Source of the DNA: an uncultured bacterium
GTDB taxonomy: Bacteria > Calescibacteriota > Calescibacteriia > Calescibacteriales > Calescibacteriaceae
Reading direction: 5' to 3'
DNA length: 64,000 nt
NCBI GenBank assembly: GCA_938036315.1
Contig: CALHPK010000009.1
Coordinates: 82,236 to 146,235 of the forward strand
The notes beneath the pieces are model-generated. The model saw nothing but the letters and a program-made list of their open reading frames with translations. It was not told the DNA's origin and made no database searches. A program made the position numbers and the translations under genes. Shown in pieces: positions 1 through 10,119 of the stretch (the stretch's first letter is position 1; every line of letters starts with the position of its first letter).

Positions 1-29
1 AAATCGACCTGAGAGGCACTGAATGTCCT

Positions 30-215
30 ATGAATGTAATTATTGCTAAAGTCAAGATGAAGGAAGTCCATACTGGTAAAATGGTTAGGATAATTGTTGA
101 TTTCCCCGCTGCGTACGATGATGTCCCTCAAGCACTAAAAAACGAGGGATATAAAATTATATCTATGAAAAAGCTCAACGAAAAGGATATGGAAATCATA
201 GTCCAAAAAACATAA
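30..215 (+). CDS. Small TusA-like fold protein lacking the CPxP cysteine motif
   Basis: The C-terminal 45 aa (GKMVRIIVDFPAAYDDVPQALKNEGYKIISMKK...IIVQK) align well with the TusA/SirA core ([20 protein letters not shown]...HELV...YLIRK). The N-terminal Cys-Pro-x-Pro is absent. Confidence 0.3.
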   Translation: MNVIIAKVKMKEVHTGKMVRIIVDFPAAYDDVPQALKNEGYKIISMKKLNEKDMEIIVQKT

Positions 216-216
216 G

Positions 217-273
217 TGATGATAAAGTGCTTCATCCAAAAAAGAGATGATAAAGTGTTTCATCTGAGAAACG
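217..273. repeat. Two copies of a 19-nt palindromic element (GATGATAAAGTGyTTCATC) 10 nt apart; candidate operator sites
   Basis: The direct repeat lies at ~226-244 and ~255-273. Each copy carries a GATGA/TCATC inverted repeat with a 9-nt spacer. Confidence 0.35.
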
Positions 274-712
274 TAACTGAATAAACTGAAACTATTTGAA
301 AGATCCTACCTTTAGTTTTGCTCATATCTTGTATTCGTTTTCTGGCTATTGAACATATCCTTTTGTTTCAACAAAGTCAGATCTTTACTGATTTTATTTC
401 CAAGTTGCGCAATTGAGTATATTTGTGCTCACAAATTATCAAATAATTTTCTTCACAGAAGATGTAGTTCAGAAACTTTACCACCAGATAGTCACCACCT
501 GCCCCATATCATCAGAAATCTGATATAACTAAAAAGTATCTTATCTTTAGCAGTAATTTTAGGGTCTCTTATGCTAAATTCCTTGCTAGGAACGAATTGT
601 GAGAATCCGAAAGTTTGAAGAATATGATAGAATGCAATCATTGTAAAATTCTGCTTATTTGATTATCTTATGATAAAATAAAAATGTTCTAAAATCTTTA
701 ATTTGTAAAGAT

Positions 713-1852
713 ATGCTTGAGATAAGAATGACGAAAGTTATCGATTTTATTGAAAAGGAGATCGAGAAAGGTAACGTAGTTGGGAGAATTGCAGATAAGA
801 TATTTCCACTACTGTTTGTCACCTTAAAAAGCAAGAATCCATCCGATCTGAAAAAAAATATAGCACTGTATCTTCTGACAAGGAGAATACTTGATACTGG
901 AGCTGGCATAACAGCAATAGCTTCATTGGGGACACTTTCAGAGATAGGAATCACAAAAAAGCTATATAACTGGCAGAGCACAGAAAATCTTGCGCAGGAA
1001 TTCTACATAGATAGAGAAAGGCTAGAAACACTTCTTGACTTTCTGGTAAAGGATGGCATTCTTGAAACCGAAACCAGAAACGGGATAAGATTTTACAGAA
1101 TCGGAGATGATTTCAAAAGATTCCTAAAAAATGGGGAAGGAACTATTGCACTACTGTGGTCACAGTTAAAAGCTCTCTCAGAACTCCCCAGAATACTTAA
1201 AACTAAAAAACCATCACAAACTCTTGATATATACAATCTCGAAGGAGACTATAAGTCCCTACTTTTAGGAGTCAATGAATTTTTATACAGAGCTACACAG
1301 GAGCTTATGAGAAAATACGAATTCAAAAATCTAAAAAGAGTTATGATCGGTTCTATGGGAGTGTCTTTTGCGAAAAATATTCAGAAAAGATTTCCTGATG
1401 TTGAAATACATATAGGATGCTACCCACATCTGATAAGAGAAGTTCCAAAACTTATAGAAAAATACAAACTTACTAACGTGAAAAGTATAAAAGAGCATAA
1501 AGGTAGCCCTTCGGAAGATAAGTGGGGTGATGAAGAAAAGAAATATGATCTTGTATTTTTGACTAAGAAGCTAACATTGAGGAATCTCAGCGAGTTTGGC
1601 AATGAATTTCTGAGAAAATCACATAGTGTTCTAGCAAAGGGTGGATATGCTGTTATATGGGAAGCTATTGTCGATGACTCCGGAACAAAAGGTCCTTTGC
1701 TGGAATCGGTTTTAGATATACTCGTGAGCTACTCTGGGAAGAGATGGAAAGAATCTGATTTGAGAAAACATATCCTTTCATTCGGTTTTGAAAAATTCGA
1801 AGTTGTAAGGTGTTTAGGTGGTAGGACAACCTTCGGAATAGCTGTAAAGTAA
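713..1852 (+). CDS. Class I SAM-dependent O-methyltransferase family protein
   Basis: KRVMIGSMGVSFAKNIQKRFPDVEIHIGCYPHL resembles the O-MTase SAM-binding segment (LVDVGGGxG...YPxIKGINFDLP). An N-terminal dimerisation-like region is present and the length suits an O-MTase. Confidence 0.45.
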   Translation: MLEIRMTKVIDFIEKEIEKGNVVGRIADKIFPLLFVTLKSKNPSDLKKNIALYLLTRRILDTGAGITAIASLGTLSEIGITKKLYNWQSTENLAQEFYIDRERLETLLDFLVKDGILETETRNGIRFYRIGDDFKRFLKNGEGTIALLWSQLKALSELPRILKTKKPSQTLDIYNLEGDYKSLLLGVNEFLYRATQELMRKYEFKNLKRVMIGSMGVSFAKNIQKRFPDVEIHIGCYPHLIREVPKLIEKYKLTNVKSIKEHKGSPSEDKWGDEEKKYDLVFLTKKLTLRNLSEFGNEFLRKSHSVLAKGGYAVIWEAIVDDSGTKGPLLESVLDILVSYSGKRWKESDLRKHILSFGFEKFEVVRCLGGRTTFGIAVK

Positions 1853-1878
1853 GTTCCCGGAATAGCTATTCTGAATAG

Positions 1879-2730
1879 CTATGAAGTAGACTGAGGATTC
1901 TCTGTTACAGCATCTGTTTTAGATGAACTATAAAATTCAATCTTCTCTATATACTCAGATATCTTATTTGCTACTTCCTTTGAGAATAAAATACTAAAAT
2001 GCCCATAATTATCGTAAACCACACAATTTGAATGTGGAGCCAAGCTCCTCAGATCAGTAATAAATTGGTCAAACTTAGCTCCAACATACATCGAAATTTC
2101 TTCTCTATCCATCTTTCCAAGTTTTTCGAGAAGCGCTGAATTGGGCCTCACTTCTCGCATAGCAACACCCGGAAAAAAATAAGCTATTTTAGTCCCTCTG
2201 TGAGGAGATGATATGCAGACAAAACTTTTGACTTTCAAATTAAACTGCTCTTGATTCATGGCTATGTACTTTGCTACAATCCCTCCTACAGAGAAACCAA
2301 CAAGTACAATTTGATCTACTCCAAGGATTTCTGTAAACTGTCTTATATTTTTCACAATTTGAAGAGAAATATCCTCCACTCCACCTCCAAACGGGAATGA
2401 ATCAAGAATAAAGATGTTTTCAAATTTTCTGTTTCTGAGCCTCCAAAAAATCGGATATAAAGATGCTTTAGTCATGAAGTAGCCCGGGATGAGAAAAACG
2501 GGGATCTTACTTCCTCCTTTTTGTCTTGGGACAAGGCTCTCAAGTCCCAAAAATCCGAATGGCCATGAGAAAAAAATATAAAGAAGTGCTAAAAACTCCT
2601 TGATATAAATATTAAGAAAGCTCCACCATCTTATCTTCTCCTCGTTTGAAAGTTTCTCATAGACAAGGATAAAAAATGATAGTGTATGGAAAACAAACAG
2701 AATAAATAATATTATTTTGAAAAGGTTCAT
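1879..2730 (-). CDS. Membrane-anchored alpha/beta hydrolase (lipase/esterase-like)
   Basis: Two N-terminal hydrophobic helices are followed by a lipase-type nucleophile elbow, GFSVGG (GxSxG), and a PGAP1/lipase-like fold pattern. Confidence 0.5.
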   Translation of the reverse strand: MNLFKIILFILFVFHTLSFFILVYEKLSNEEKIRWWSFLNIYIKEFLALLYIFFSWPFGFLGLESLVPRQKGGSKIPVFLIPGYFMTKASLYPIFWRLRNRKFENIFILDSFPFGGGVEDISLQIVKNIRQFTEILGVDQIVLVGFSVGGIVAKYIAMNQEQFNLKVKSFVCISSPHRGTKIAYFFPGVAMREVRPNSALLEKLGKMDREEISMYVGAKFDQFITDLRSLAPHSNCVVYDNYGHFSILFSKEVANKISEYIEKIEFYSSSKTDAVTENPQSTS

Positions 2731-2743
2731 TTAAATTCATCTT

Positions 2744-3685
2744 TTATTTGGTCTTACCTTTAGTGCTTTCTGCGGAAACCATAAGAGAAACCCAATTAAC
2801 AGCTCGGACTGAATACTCTTCTATATCTGATATGAGTCCGTTTGCTCTTGATGAAACTATAGCAAAAAGGACAACACCTAAAATTGCGGTTATAAGTCCG
2901 AACGCTGTAGAATGCATAACGATAGCGATAGATTTTGAAAGATATATTTGTCTCTGGGCTGGATCGAGTGCCCCGACACCGCCGAACGCTTCAATAAGTC
3001 CTATAACTGCTCCAAGAAGTCCCAGAAGAACAGCGGTGTTTGCAAAGATATGAATGAGCGGTATTCTTGCCTGTATTTTTGATGTGAACTTCAGATACTC
3101 CTCTTCTGCCACTGAATTCACAAGTTCCTTAAGCTTTTCCTCACTTATGCTGGATGTATTGGTTTCTTTTATAACTTTAAGAGCAGAGTAAAGGATGCTA
3201 CCAAGAGGGAACTTAGATAAACTTTCAGCAACCTCCAGAGCTCTTTGCAACCCACCTTCCTCAAATGCATCCTTAACTTTTAAGAATATTTCCCTTGGCT
3301 TCCTGCCATATGTCACATATACAGCAATAAACCTTTCTATAGATAATCCTATGATAACAAGGAGCATAAGCAATATAAAGTGCATCGGCCAATCACCAAC
3401 TACATAAGCTTCGATGAGTTTCCCAATAATCCCTTTTTCCTCTTTTGCCTTGGCTTCCTCTCCCTCGCCTGCCCCCGCTTGCTCAACCGTTCCTGCCTCT
3501 GGGGTAGCTTGCTCAGGTGCAGGTTGAGTAGCTTCCTGAGCATAAGCAACTTTGTAAACTTTAGTAAAAAAGTAAAAGTACGAACCTGCCGACATAAAGA
3601 CTACCAAAGACAAAATCAATGTCCTTTTCAAACCATGCATCACCCAACCACCTCCATCAAACCATAAAATAACATGATAAAACAA
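2744..3685 (-). CDS. MotA/TolQ/ExbB family proton-channel protein with an acidic low-complexity N-terminal periplasmic extension
   Basis: Three-TM core with the family-typical C-terminal segment (AIVMHSTAFGLITAILGVVLFAIV). An N-terminal signal/TM precedes a Q/E/A/P/G-rich linker, which is encoded by a locally GC-rich stretch at ~3420-3550. Confidence 0.65.
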   Translation of the reverse strand: MFYHVILWFDGGGWVMHGLKRTLILSLVVFMSAGSYFYFFTKVYKVAYAQEATQPAPEQATPEAGTVEQAGAGEGEEAKAKEEKGIIGKLIEAYVVGDWPMHFILLMLLVIIGLSIERFIAVYVTYGRKPREIFLKVKDAFEEGGLQRALEVAESLSKFPLGSILYSALKVIKETNTSSISEEKLKELVNSVAEEEYLKFTSKIQARIPLIHIFANTAVLLGLLGAVIGLIEAFGGVGALDPAQRQIYLSKSIAIVMHSTAFGLITAILGVVLFAIVSSRANGLISDIEEYSVRAVNWVSLMVSAESTKGKTK

Positions 3686-3857
3686 AAATAAAATAAAAAA
3701 GGTTAGTCCAACATTTACTTCTTATATTTCTTAGAATTCTATTTCAGAAATACAAAAAAAGCAAAAACATTACTGAGAAAACCCCCCTTTTGCCTCTCCT
3801 TCACCATTGTAATAACTTTGAGCTACATCGCAAAAATAAAATTGTTAAGCATTATCA

Positions 3858-4625
3858 TCAGAAATTTATAACTAATCCCAAACTCACCGTACCTTCAGAT
3901 GGCACAAATCTATCTTTAAGTTCTAACTTCACATCTGCAGGCTCTGCACCAGACTGTGGATGAAACTCCTTTAGGATAGGTACTAAAAATAACACCCCAA
4001 AATTGATAGCTACCACCCTACTCCCTAACTGGATACCCCCGTATATTGACGGCAGAATTAACTGGAATGGATCAGAGTATGTTTCTTCAAATTCTTGATA
4101 TAACTCAGTAGTTTTATCCTTTTCCCACCTTACTTTAGCATAGGGAATAAAAATTAGTTGGGTTCCAGCATATAGCTCAATAACAATCCCAAGAGAGTCT
4201 GCATAAAGAGAAAACTGTAGGTCCGGGAAAAATTCTACTCCTGAAAGAGATGGTGAAGATATAAGTCTCTCACCTTTGAACCCTATAAAGTTCAAAAAGA
4301 CCGAAGGTATAAAGCTCAAAGAAATTAACTTTGTATCTAACAGAGAGAAAATTTTCCCAACCCCCATTCCAACCCTAAGATCCCCCTCCCAGGGAGCTCC
4401 GGATATATTAGGAGTGAGTAAAAAATGTTCACGTAAATTGATCGAGCTTGAAAAGTAAAGTCCAGATAAACTTAGCCCGCCATTGGCTCTGAGATTCTTT
4501 TCATCTTTTACGTAGTAACCCACTGGAACTGGAGGAAAATAGTTCGGCCTTGCACACCCACCCGTTATGCACAGCATAAAAATAGCTGGACAAATGCTTA
4601 AGTTTCTGCCAAACATTGTACACAA
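3858..4625 (-). CDS. Putative lipoprotein / outer-membrane protein
   Basis: N-terminal signal with a lipobox-like ITGGC. The protein looks beta-rich and ends in Phe, as outer-membrane barrel proteins often do. Confidence 0.3.
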   Translation of the reverse strand: MCTMFGRNLSICPAIFMLCITGGCARPNYFPPVPVGYYVKDEKNLRANGGLSLSGLYFSSSINLREHFLLTPNISGAPWEGDLRVGMGVGKIFSLLDTKLISLSFIPSVFLNFIGFKGERLISSPSLSGVEFFPDLQFSLYADSLGIVIELYAGTQLIFIPYAKVRWEKDKTTELYQEFEETYSDPFQLILPSIYGGIQLGSRVVAINFGVLFLVPILKEFHPQSGAEPADVKLELKDRFVPSEGTVSLGLVINF

Positions 4626-4886
4626 TTTACATCCTAAATCTCAAATTCAATCAATATTTTAGACTTTTTTTAAATTTTATTTCTAAGATTTGCTGCTAAC
4701 AAGAAAATTTAGGGTGTCAGTATCTATCAAGTTAGAATGTTGGAGATTATCTATTGTGGACTAAATCTCATCTGCTAGAGTGTTAGAATTTAAATTTTAG
4801 CCCTTAAGCGATTATGAGATTTCAGTCTTTTCTTATTTTTTAAATCAAAAATTTAATTTTAAAGTGGAAAAAGGAGGTAAATATTT

Positions 4887-6101
4887 ATGAAAACAGAAGC
4901 AGTAATCGTTGATGCAATAAGGACACCTATAGGTAGATCGAGTTGGAAAGGGCTTGAAAAGTGTGGACCAATGGGGCACTTGAGTGCAATTGAACTTGCT
5001 TCTTTACCTGTGAAGAAAATAATAGAAAGAACAAAAGTTGATACAAGAGAGGTAGAAGATGTTGTGTGGGGATGCCTGAGCCAAATAGGTGAACAGGGCT
5101 TCAACCTTGGAAGAACATTACTTTACCAAGCAGGTTTTCACGATGAGGCAGTAGGTTGTACAATCAACAGATATTGTGGTTCAGGTCTTCAGGCAATAAA
5201 CTTCGCAGCGCAAGAGATAATGGCTGGAGAATGTGATTTAGTAATAGCTGGAGGATCGGAATCGATGTCTAGATATCCTATGGGCTCAGATGCGCAGTTG
5301 GCTGCAAGAGCTGGCGCTCCTCTGGTTATACCAGAAACAGTTCAGCAAAAAGGGCTAGTGCCTATGGGAGTCGCCGCAGATATGATAGCTCAAAAATACA
5401 AAATAACAAGAGAAGAAATAGAAATATTTGGATACAACTCCCAAAAAAGAGCAGTACTTGCTTGGAGAGCAGGAGTATATAACTCACAAATATTCCCAGT
5501 CGAAGCAGTAAAAGATGGACAGAAGTTCACCATAACCCGTGATGAAGGTGTAAGAGATAAAGCAGTTGATGATCCAGAGGGTTTCATCAAGGATATGCAA
5601 AACCTCCCCTACTCATTCACTACCGATGGACCTCATACCCCAGCAACATCGTCCCAGATATCTGATGCTGCTTGCGCAGTTATGATCACAACACCAGAAA
5701 AAGCAGAAAAACTCGGATTGAAACCCAGAGCGAGATTTGTTTCCTTTGGACTCGCAGGCTCAGATCCAGTCCTTATGCTTACCGGAATTGCTGACTCAAT
5801 TAAAAATGCTCTAAAGAAAGCAAATCTAAAAATAGATGATATGGATATTATAGAAATCAATGAAGCATTTGCATCTCCTGTTATATATGCTGCAAGAGTA
5901 TTGGGAATAGATTGGAAAACAGATATGAGACTCAATCCTAACGGTGGAGCAATAGCTCATGGACATCCAATAGGCGCAACCGGAGCAATTCTCTTTACAA
6001 AAGCTTTATATGAACTTGAAAGACTCAAAAAACGCTATGCTGTAATATCTTTGTGCATGGGCGGAGGGATGGGAATTGCAACAATCATTGAAAGAATTTA
6101 A
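4887..6101 (+). CDS. Acetyl-CoA acetyltransferase (thiolase)
   Basis: Thiolase motifs NRYCGSGLQAI (active Cys), NPNGGAIAHGHPIGATG and CMGGGMG. An SD, AAAGGAGG, sits upstream. Confidence 0.85.
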   Translation: MKTEAVIVDAIRTPIGRSSWKGLEKCGPMGHLSAIELASLPVKKIIERTKVDTREVEDVVWGCLSQIGEQGFNLGRTLLYQAGFHDEAVGCTINRYCGSGLQAINFAAQEIMAGECDLVIAGGSESMSRYPMGSDAQLAARAGAPLVIPETVQQKGLVPMGVAADMIAQKYKITREEIEIFGYNSQKRAVLAWRAGVYNSQIFPVEAVKDGQKFTITRDEGVRDKAVDDPEGFIKDMQNLPYSFTTDGPHTPATSSQISDAACAVMITTPEKAEKLGLKPRARFVSFGLAGSDPVLMLTGIADSIKNALKKANLKIDDMDIIEINEAFASPVIYAARVLGIDWKTDMRLNPNGGAIAHGHPIGATGAILFTKALYELERLKKRYAVISLCMGGGMGIATIIERI

Positions 6102-6103
6102 TA

Positions 6104-6673
6104 ATGCAACCTGATGCTCTTGAAGAAATAAAACAAGAAGCTCTAAAAATAATAAAGGAGAAAGCTGTCCTGAAGGGAGAATTTATACTCTCATCAGGGC
6201 AGAAGTCTAATTTTTACATCGACATAAAAAGAATTACTCTGGATGGGAAGTTCTTAGACATTATTACTGAAATAATATCAGATTACGTTGCTAAAAACTT
6301 CAAAACTCGTAACTTTGCCGGGATAGAACTCGGAAGCGTTCCAATTGTTGCAGCTACAATCTTAAAAATGAAACAGAAAGGATATAATTCTAAAGGAGTA
6401 ATTGTGAGAAAAGAGTTAAAAAAATATGGAACATCAAGAGAAATAGAAGGATCGGAAGATATCGGTTCAGCAATATTGATAGAAGATGTAATAACAACTG
6501 GGAAAACAACTGCTGATGCAATAGATAAGCTCCTTAGGAATAACATAAAAATAGAAGGAGTAATCACAATCATAGATAGAGGCGGAGGAGAAAATATCAA
6601 ATCGAAAGTCGATAAATTCTTCTCCCTGTTTGAAGCACGGAATGTTCTAGAAGATTCAGAACCTAAAATTTAA
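6104..6673 (+). CDS. pyrE: Orotate phosphoribosyltransferase
   Basis: OPRT signature GEFILSSGQKSNFYID and PRPP-binding loop ILIEDVITTGKT. Confidence 0.65.
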   Translation: MQPDALEEIKQEALKIIKEKAVLKGEFILSSGQKSNFYIDIKRITLDGKFLDIITEIISDYVAKNFKTRNFAGIELGSVPIVAATILKMKQKGYNSKGVIVRKELKKYGTSREIEGSEDIGSAILIEDVITTGKTTADAIDKLLRNNIKIEGVITIIDRGGGENIKSKVDKFFSLFEARNVLEDSEPKI

Positions 6674-8703
6674 CGAATATCAAGTAGCTGAGAAAGAGTA
6701 CTTATTAGATTTCTTCCAACTATCTGTAAAAAGGCATTAATTTCAAACAAGGTCGGGAGTGAATATCCCCTCTCATCAATAGACGGAATGAAAAATCTCA
6801 GAAAATCCCTATCTATGTACAGGAACCCAAAAATATCAGGATTCTGAAAAGCTACATATGGGAAGACTGAAAACAAACCGTCAGGCTGAATACTGTAGTC
6901 TGTGGACTTAACCTTCAATCCTAATCTAACAGGTGATAGAAAGTGACCAGTATCAGCATACCTTATAGTTTTTTCGCAAAACTCAGTTCTACTCCCTGCA
7001 AAGTTCTCTCTTATTCTGAAACCTACACAGAATTTCTTACATACTCCTCCATCTTCCTCAAGACATATATTCTTATTTATGCCCTTGTCAGTTTTACATT
7101 CACCACTTTTCCCACAGTACTGGATACACCCCACATCTTGTGATGACATCAGAGATTCATAACAGTGCATAATGTTTATATCACAAGATACCTTTGAAGA
7201 TTCAAAGCACATATTAGCCCTTGGATACTTACAGAAGAATGAGAAAATTGGATTACTCTCTGCAAGAGCGGGAACATCAGGAGAATCAGAGAGGCACTCC
7301 CATTCAAGCATAAAGTAGTTATCAGAAGTCCAAGCAGGTAGAATCTGTCTCAAAGCAACCGGTTGAGAAAACAACACCTTAAAATTGAATTTCAATCGAT
7401 CCGGAATTATAGCTGTTATCAAACCAGCAACTATACCAGGATTCACAACTTGAAAAATCTGATTTACGACTCCTTGAGGTACGCCGACAGAAGAAACTGA
7501 AGATATGAAAGAACTTATTAACCAGTCTAATATACCTGTTTTGAGAAAAACTGCTATAGAGAAAGACAAAGCTTCCACAATATTTCTCCAAGAGATAAGT
7601 TCACCTTTCTCTACACTATTTTTCAAGGCAATAAAAAAGACTTTCAAATCTGGTGGTGGTATTAGAGTAGAAGCATAACACTTGACACATTTCCCTGTTT
7701 TTTCATCAATATACCCCCCTCTTTTTTCAGTAAGTTCTTTATCATAAAAGAAAGTAGAAGAAGTTGGGAAAGCAATAGTTTTTATAAAAGTTTCCCCTCT
7801 TTCTGATTCTCCCACCTCTATCCTCTGCACAATGTCATCGGCCTGATCATCTGTCTCACCAAGTAAGTAATCATAGAAATTAATCATAGAATCAGCAAGA
7901 CCTATAAGAGAATTGGGTATCTCTTCCGTCCAGTACCTGATCCCACGTTTCGGTTCAATCCCTAAAAATGTTTCTTTGTCATTGAGAATAAATGGGATTA
8001 TATTCATAATAAAGGTTCGCGCTGTAATAGCAGATATCCCTCCTTGAGATGATATGTACTCTGCAACTCTTAAGATATTCCCTATTTCAAGATGTATATC
8101 AACGCTCATTATAAGTTTGACAATAGCTACAACTGCGCTCATAGCAGCGTATAATAAGTTAGCATCCGCTGCATCATACTCACCGGAAAGATCTATTTCC
8201 CAGAATACTACATCGCGAAACTTTATGGTTATCGTAAGGTGTTCGACAAACAGGCTCCAACTTCTGTCTCTCCTTGGTATTTCAAGCTCTTGAATTATCC
8301 CTTCTATTGGTCTTATAAGATTTGGGATTAGCACATCAGCAACAAGGTCATTTAAAGTTCTACCTTTTGCTTCATCTGGAATTTCCGACTTTAAACCAAG
8401 CGGGGGAGATATTCCCCCTATGATTTGAGCTATAATATTTCCGAGCTCGATTACGATATTCTCTATACTTTTACCTAAAGTAGCTATCTTGACAAGCGCC
8501 AAGCCAAAATGAGCTCTGGGGTCATGTGGGGAAATTTTTAGAGCCTCTGAAAAAGCTCGAGAAGCTTGTCCGTATTCCTTTTCACCAAGGGAAATTACCC
8601 CCTCCTTTAATAGAGTTTCAACACTTTTGTCTTCCTTCTTCTTGCAGGTTCCTGAAAAGATAAATAGTGCAGAAAGCAAAATCAGTAGTAGTGCCCTTTT
8701 CAC
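6670..8703 (-). CDS. Secreted protein with N-terminal TPR-like helices and a cysteine-rich module
   Basis: Signal peptide, then a TPR-like segment (EKEYGQASRAFSEALKISPHDPRAHFGLALV). About 16 Cys are clustered in a ~120-aa stretch near the C-terminus. I recognise no known family. Confidence 0.3.
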   Translation of the reverse strand: MKRALLLILLSALFIFSGTCKKKEDKSVETLLKEGVISLGEKEYGQASRAFSEALKISPHDPRAHFGLALVKIATLGKSIENIVIELGNIIAQIIGGISPPLGLKSEIPDEAKGRTLNDLVADVLIPNLIRPIEGIIQELEIPRRDRSWSLFVEHLTITIKFRDVVFWEIDLSGEYDAADANLLYAAMSAVVAIVKLIMSVDIHLEIGNILRVAEYISSQGGISAITARTFIMNIIPFILNDKETFLGIEPKRGIRYWTEEIPNSLIGLADSMINFYDYLLGETDDQADDIVQRIEVGESERGETFIKTIAFPTSSTFFYDKELTEKRGGYIDEKTGKCVKCYASTLIPPPDLKVFFIALKNSVEKGELISWRNIVEALSFSIAVFLKTGILDWLISSFISSVSSVGVPQGVVNQIFQVVNPGIVAGLITAIIPDRLKFNFKVLFSQPVALRQILPAWTSDNYFMLEWECLSDSPDVPALAESNPIFSFFCKYPRANMCFESSKVSCDINIMHCYESLMSSQDVGCIQYCGKSGECKTDKGINKNICLEEDGGVCKKFCVGFRIRENFAGSRTEFCEKTIRYADTGHFLSPVRLGLKVKSTDYSIQPDGLFSVFPYVAFQNPDIFGFLYIDRDFLRFFIPSIDERGYSLPTLFEINAFLQIVGRNLISTLSQLLDIR

Positions 8704-8903
8704 ATCTGTACCCCCAAAGGTAAATTTTAATCACCAGAAGTCTTTGAGAAGTTGAATTTGAATTTATAAGGCTCTCCAAGCGCAGGGTAGAAATTTTTTG
8801 ATAATCAACACAAGTTATATCACAAAGACTCTTTTTGTTCTTTAATAAGCTTTATAATTTTGCTTAACTTAAAATATAAAAGTATTCTTTTGAAGTTTTT
8901 GCT

Positions 8904-9422
8904 ATGACTCGCAAGATCATCTGGGCTCCTTGGAGGATTGAGTACATAGAGAAAGCAAAGGAAAGTTTAGGAACTGATAAAAAAGATGAATGCTTTCTAT
9001 GTACAGCATGGTACAACGATGATGAACTTGTAGTGTACAAAGCGCAAAATTCATTTATAATAATGAATAGATACCCGTACAATCCCGGGCATGTTATGGT
9101 ATGCCCAAAAACTCACACCCGCTACTTAGAGAATATCCCAGAAGAAGAGAAAATAGAAATGTGGAAGCTTCTTGAGGTCTCAATAAAAGCGCTGACATCT
9201 GCAATAAAGCCACATGGATTCAACGTAGGTATCAACATAGGAAGAATCGCCGGAGCAGGACTTGAAGACCACCTTCACATCCATGTTGTCCCAAGATGGG
9301 CTGGAGACACAAATTTTATGCCAATATGTGGAAATTCAAAGATAGTAGTGGAAGACCTAAAATCATCTATTATAAAAATAAAAAGTTACCTACAAGAAAT
9401 AGTCAAAGAACTAAAAATTTAA
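8904..9422 (+). CDS. HIT family nucleotide hydrolase/transferase
   Basis: Histidine triad HLHIHVV, plus an upstream Cys pair (ECFLC) typical of Zn-binding HIT/Ap4A-phosphorylase-like proteins. Confidence 0.6.
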   Translation: MTRKIIWAPWRIEYIEKAKESLGTDKKDECFLCTAWYNDDELVVYKAQNSFIIMNRYPYNPGHVMVCPKTHTRYLENIPEEEKIEMWKLLEVSIKALTSAIKPHGFNVGINIGRIAGAGLEDHLHIHVVPRWAGDTNFMPICGNSKIVVEDLKSSIIKIKSYLQEIVKELKI

Positions 9423-9574
9423 AACTTATAGCAAAGAATTTAGTAAGCTGTAATTAGCTACAAACTCAGGTGTTATCTATTACATCAATCTTACAAGAGC
9501 AAGACTTACACTCCAAATCTCATCTACAAAAATTATGACCAAATACCGTCATCTCACAAAAATAAAAACTTTAT

Positions 9575-9610
9575 CCTGAAAAATAAAAACTTTTGCATTA
9601 TAATATTCTT
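9575..9610 (+). promoter_or_regulatory. Candidate sigma70-type promoter for the cheY-like operon
   Basis: cTGAaA, a 17-nt spacer, then TATAAT, about 130 nt upstream of the start at 9736. An AAAGGAG SD lies 8 nt before the ATG. Confidence 0.3.
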
Positions 9611-9735
9611 ATATAAATATTTATTTTATATGATACTTATCTTACATTACCATATTCTTTTTAAATTTTTGCTAATAGTTAATTTTAAGTTGATCGATTC
9701 AATGATAAACTTAGATAAAAAGGAGTAATAGAGCT

Positions 9736-10104
9736 ATGAGTGTAAAAAAGAGAGTCCTCATAGTAGATGACAGCGTTTTCACTTACGAACAGCTAAAAAA
9801 TATAATTGAAAAAACCGGCATAGCAGAAGTCGTAGGGCATGCAAAAGATGGGATAGAAGGGATAAAACTTTATAAAAAACTCACACCTGATATTGTGTTT
9901 ATGGATATCCTTATGCCGAATATGGATGGTCTACAAGCTCTCAAATCAATCCTCAGCATAGATAAAAGTGCAAAAGTTATCATAGTATCATCTTTGGGAG
10001 GAGCTGTTGAAAAAGCAGAAGAAGCCCTAAAGGCAGGAGCAAAGGGAATAGTCTCCAAACCATTCAACGAAAACGAAATAAAAGAAAAAATAGAGAAACT
10101 GTAA
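9736..10104 (+). CDS. cheY: Single-domain CheY-like response regulator
   Basis: Receiver-domain residues: DD in LIVDDS, the phospho-acceptor D in FMDILMP, and a conserved K in VSKPF. At 122 aa it is CheY-sized. Confidence 0.8.
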   Translation: MSVKKRVLIVDDSVFTYEQLKNIIEKTGIAEVVGHAKDGIEGIKLYKKLTPDIVFMDILMPNMDGLQALKSILSIDKSAKVIIVSSLGGAVEKAEEALKAGAKGIVSKPFNENEIKEKIEKL

Positions 10105-10119
10105 AAAGGAGGACAAAAA

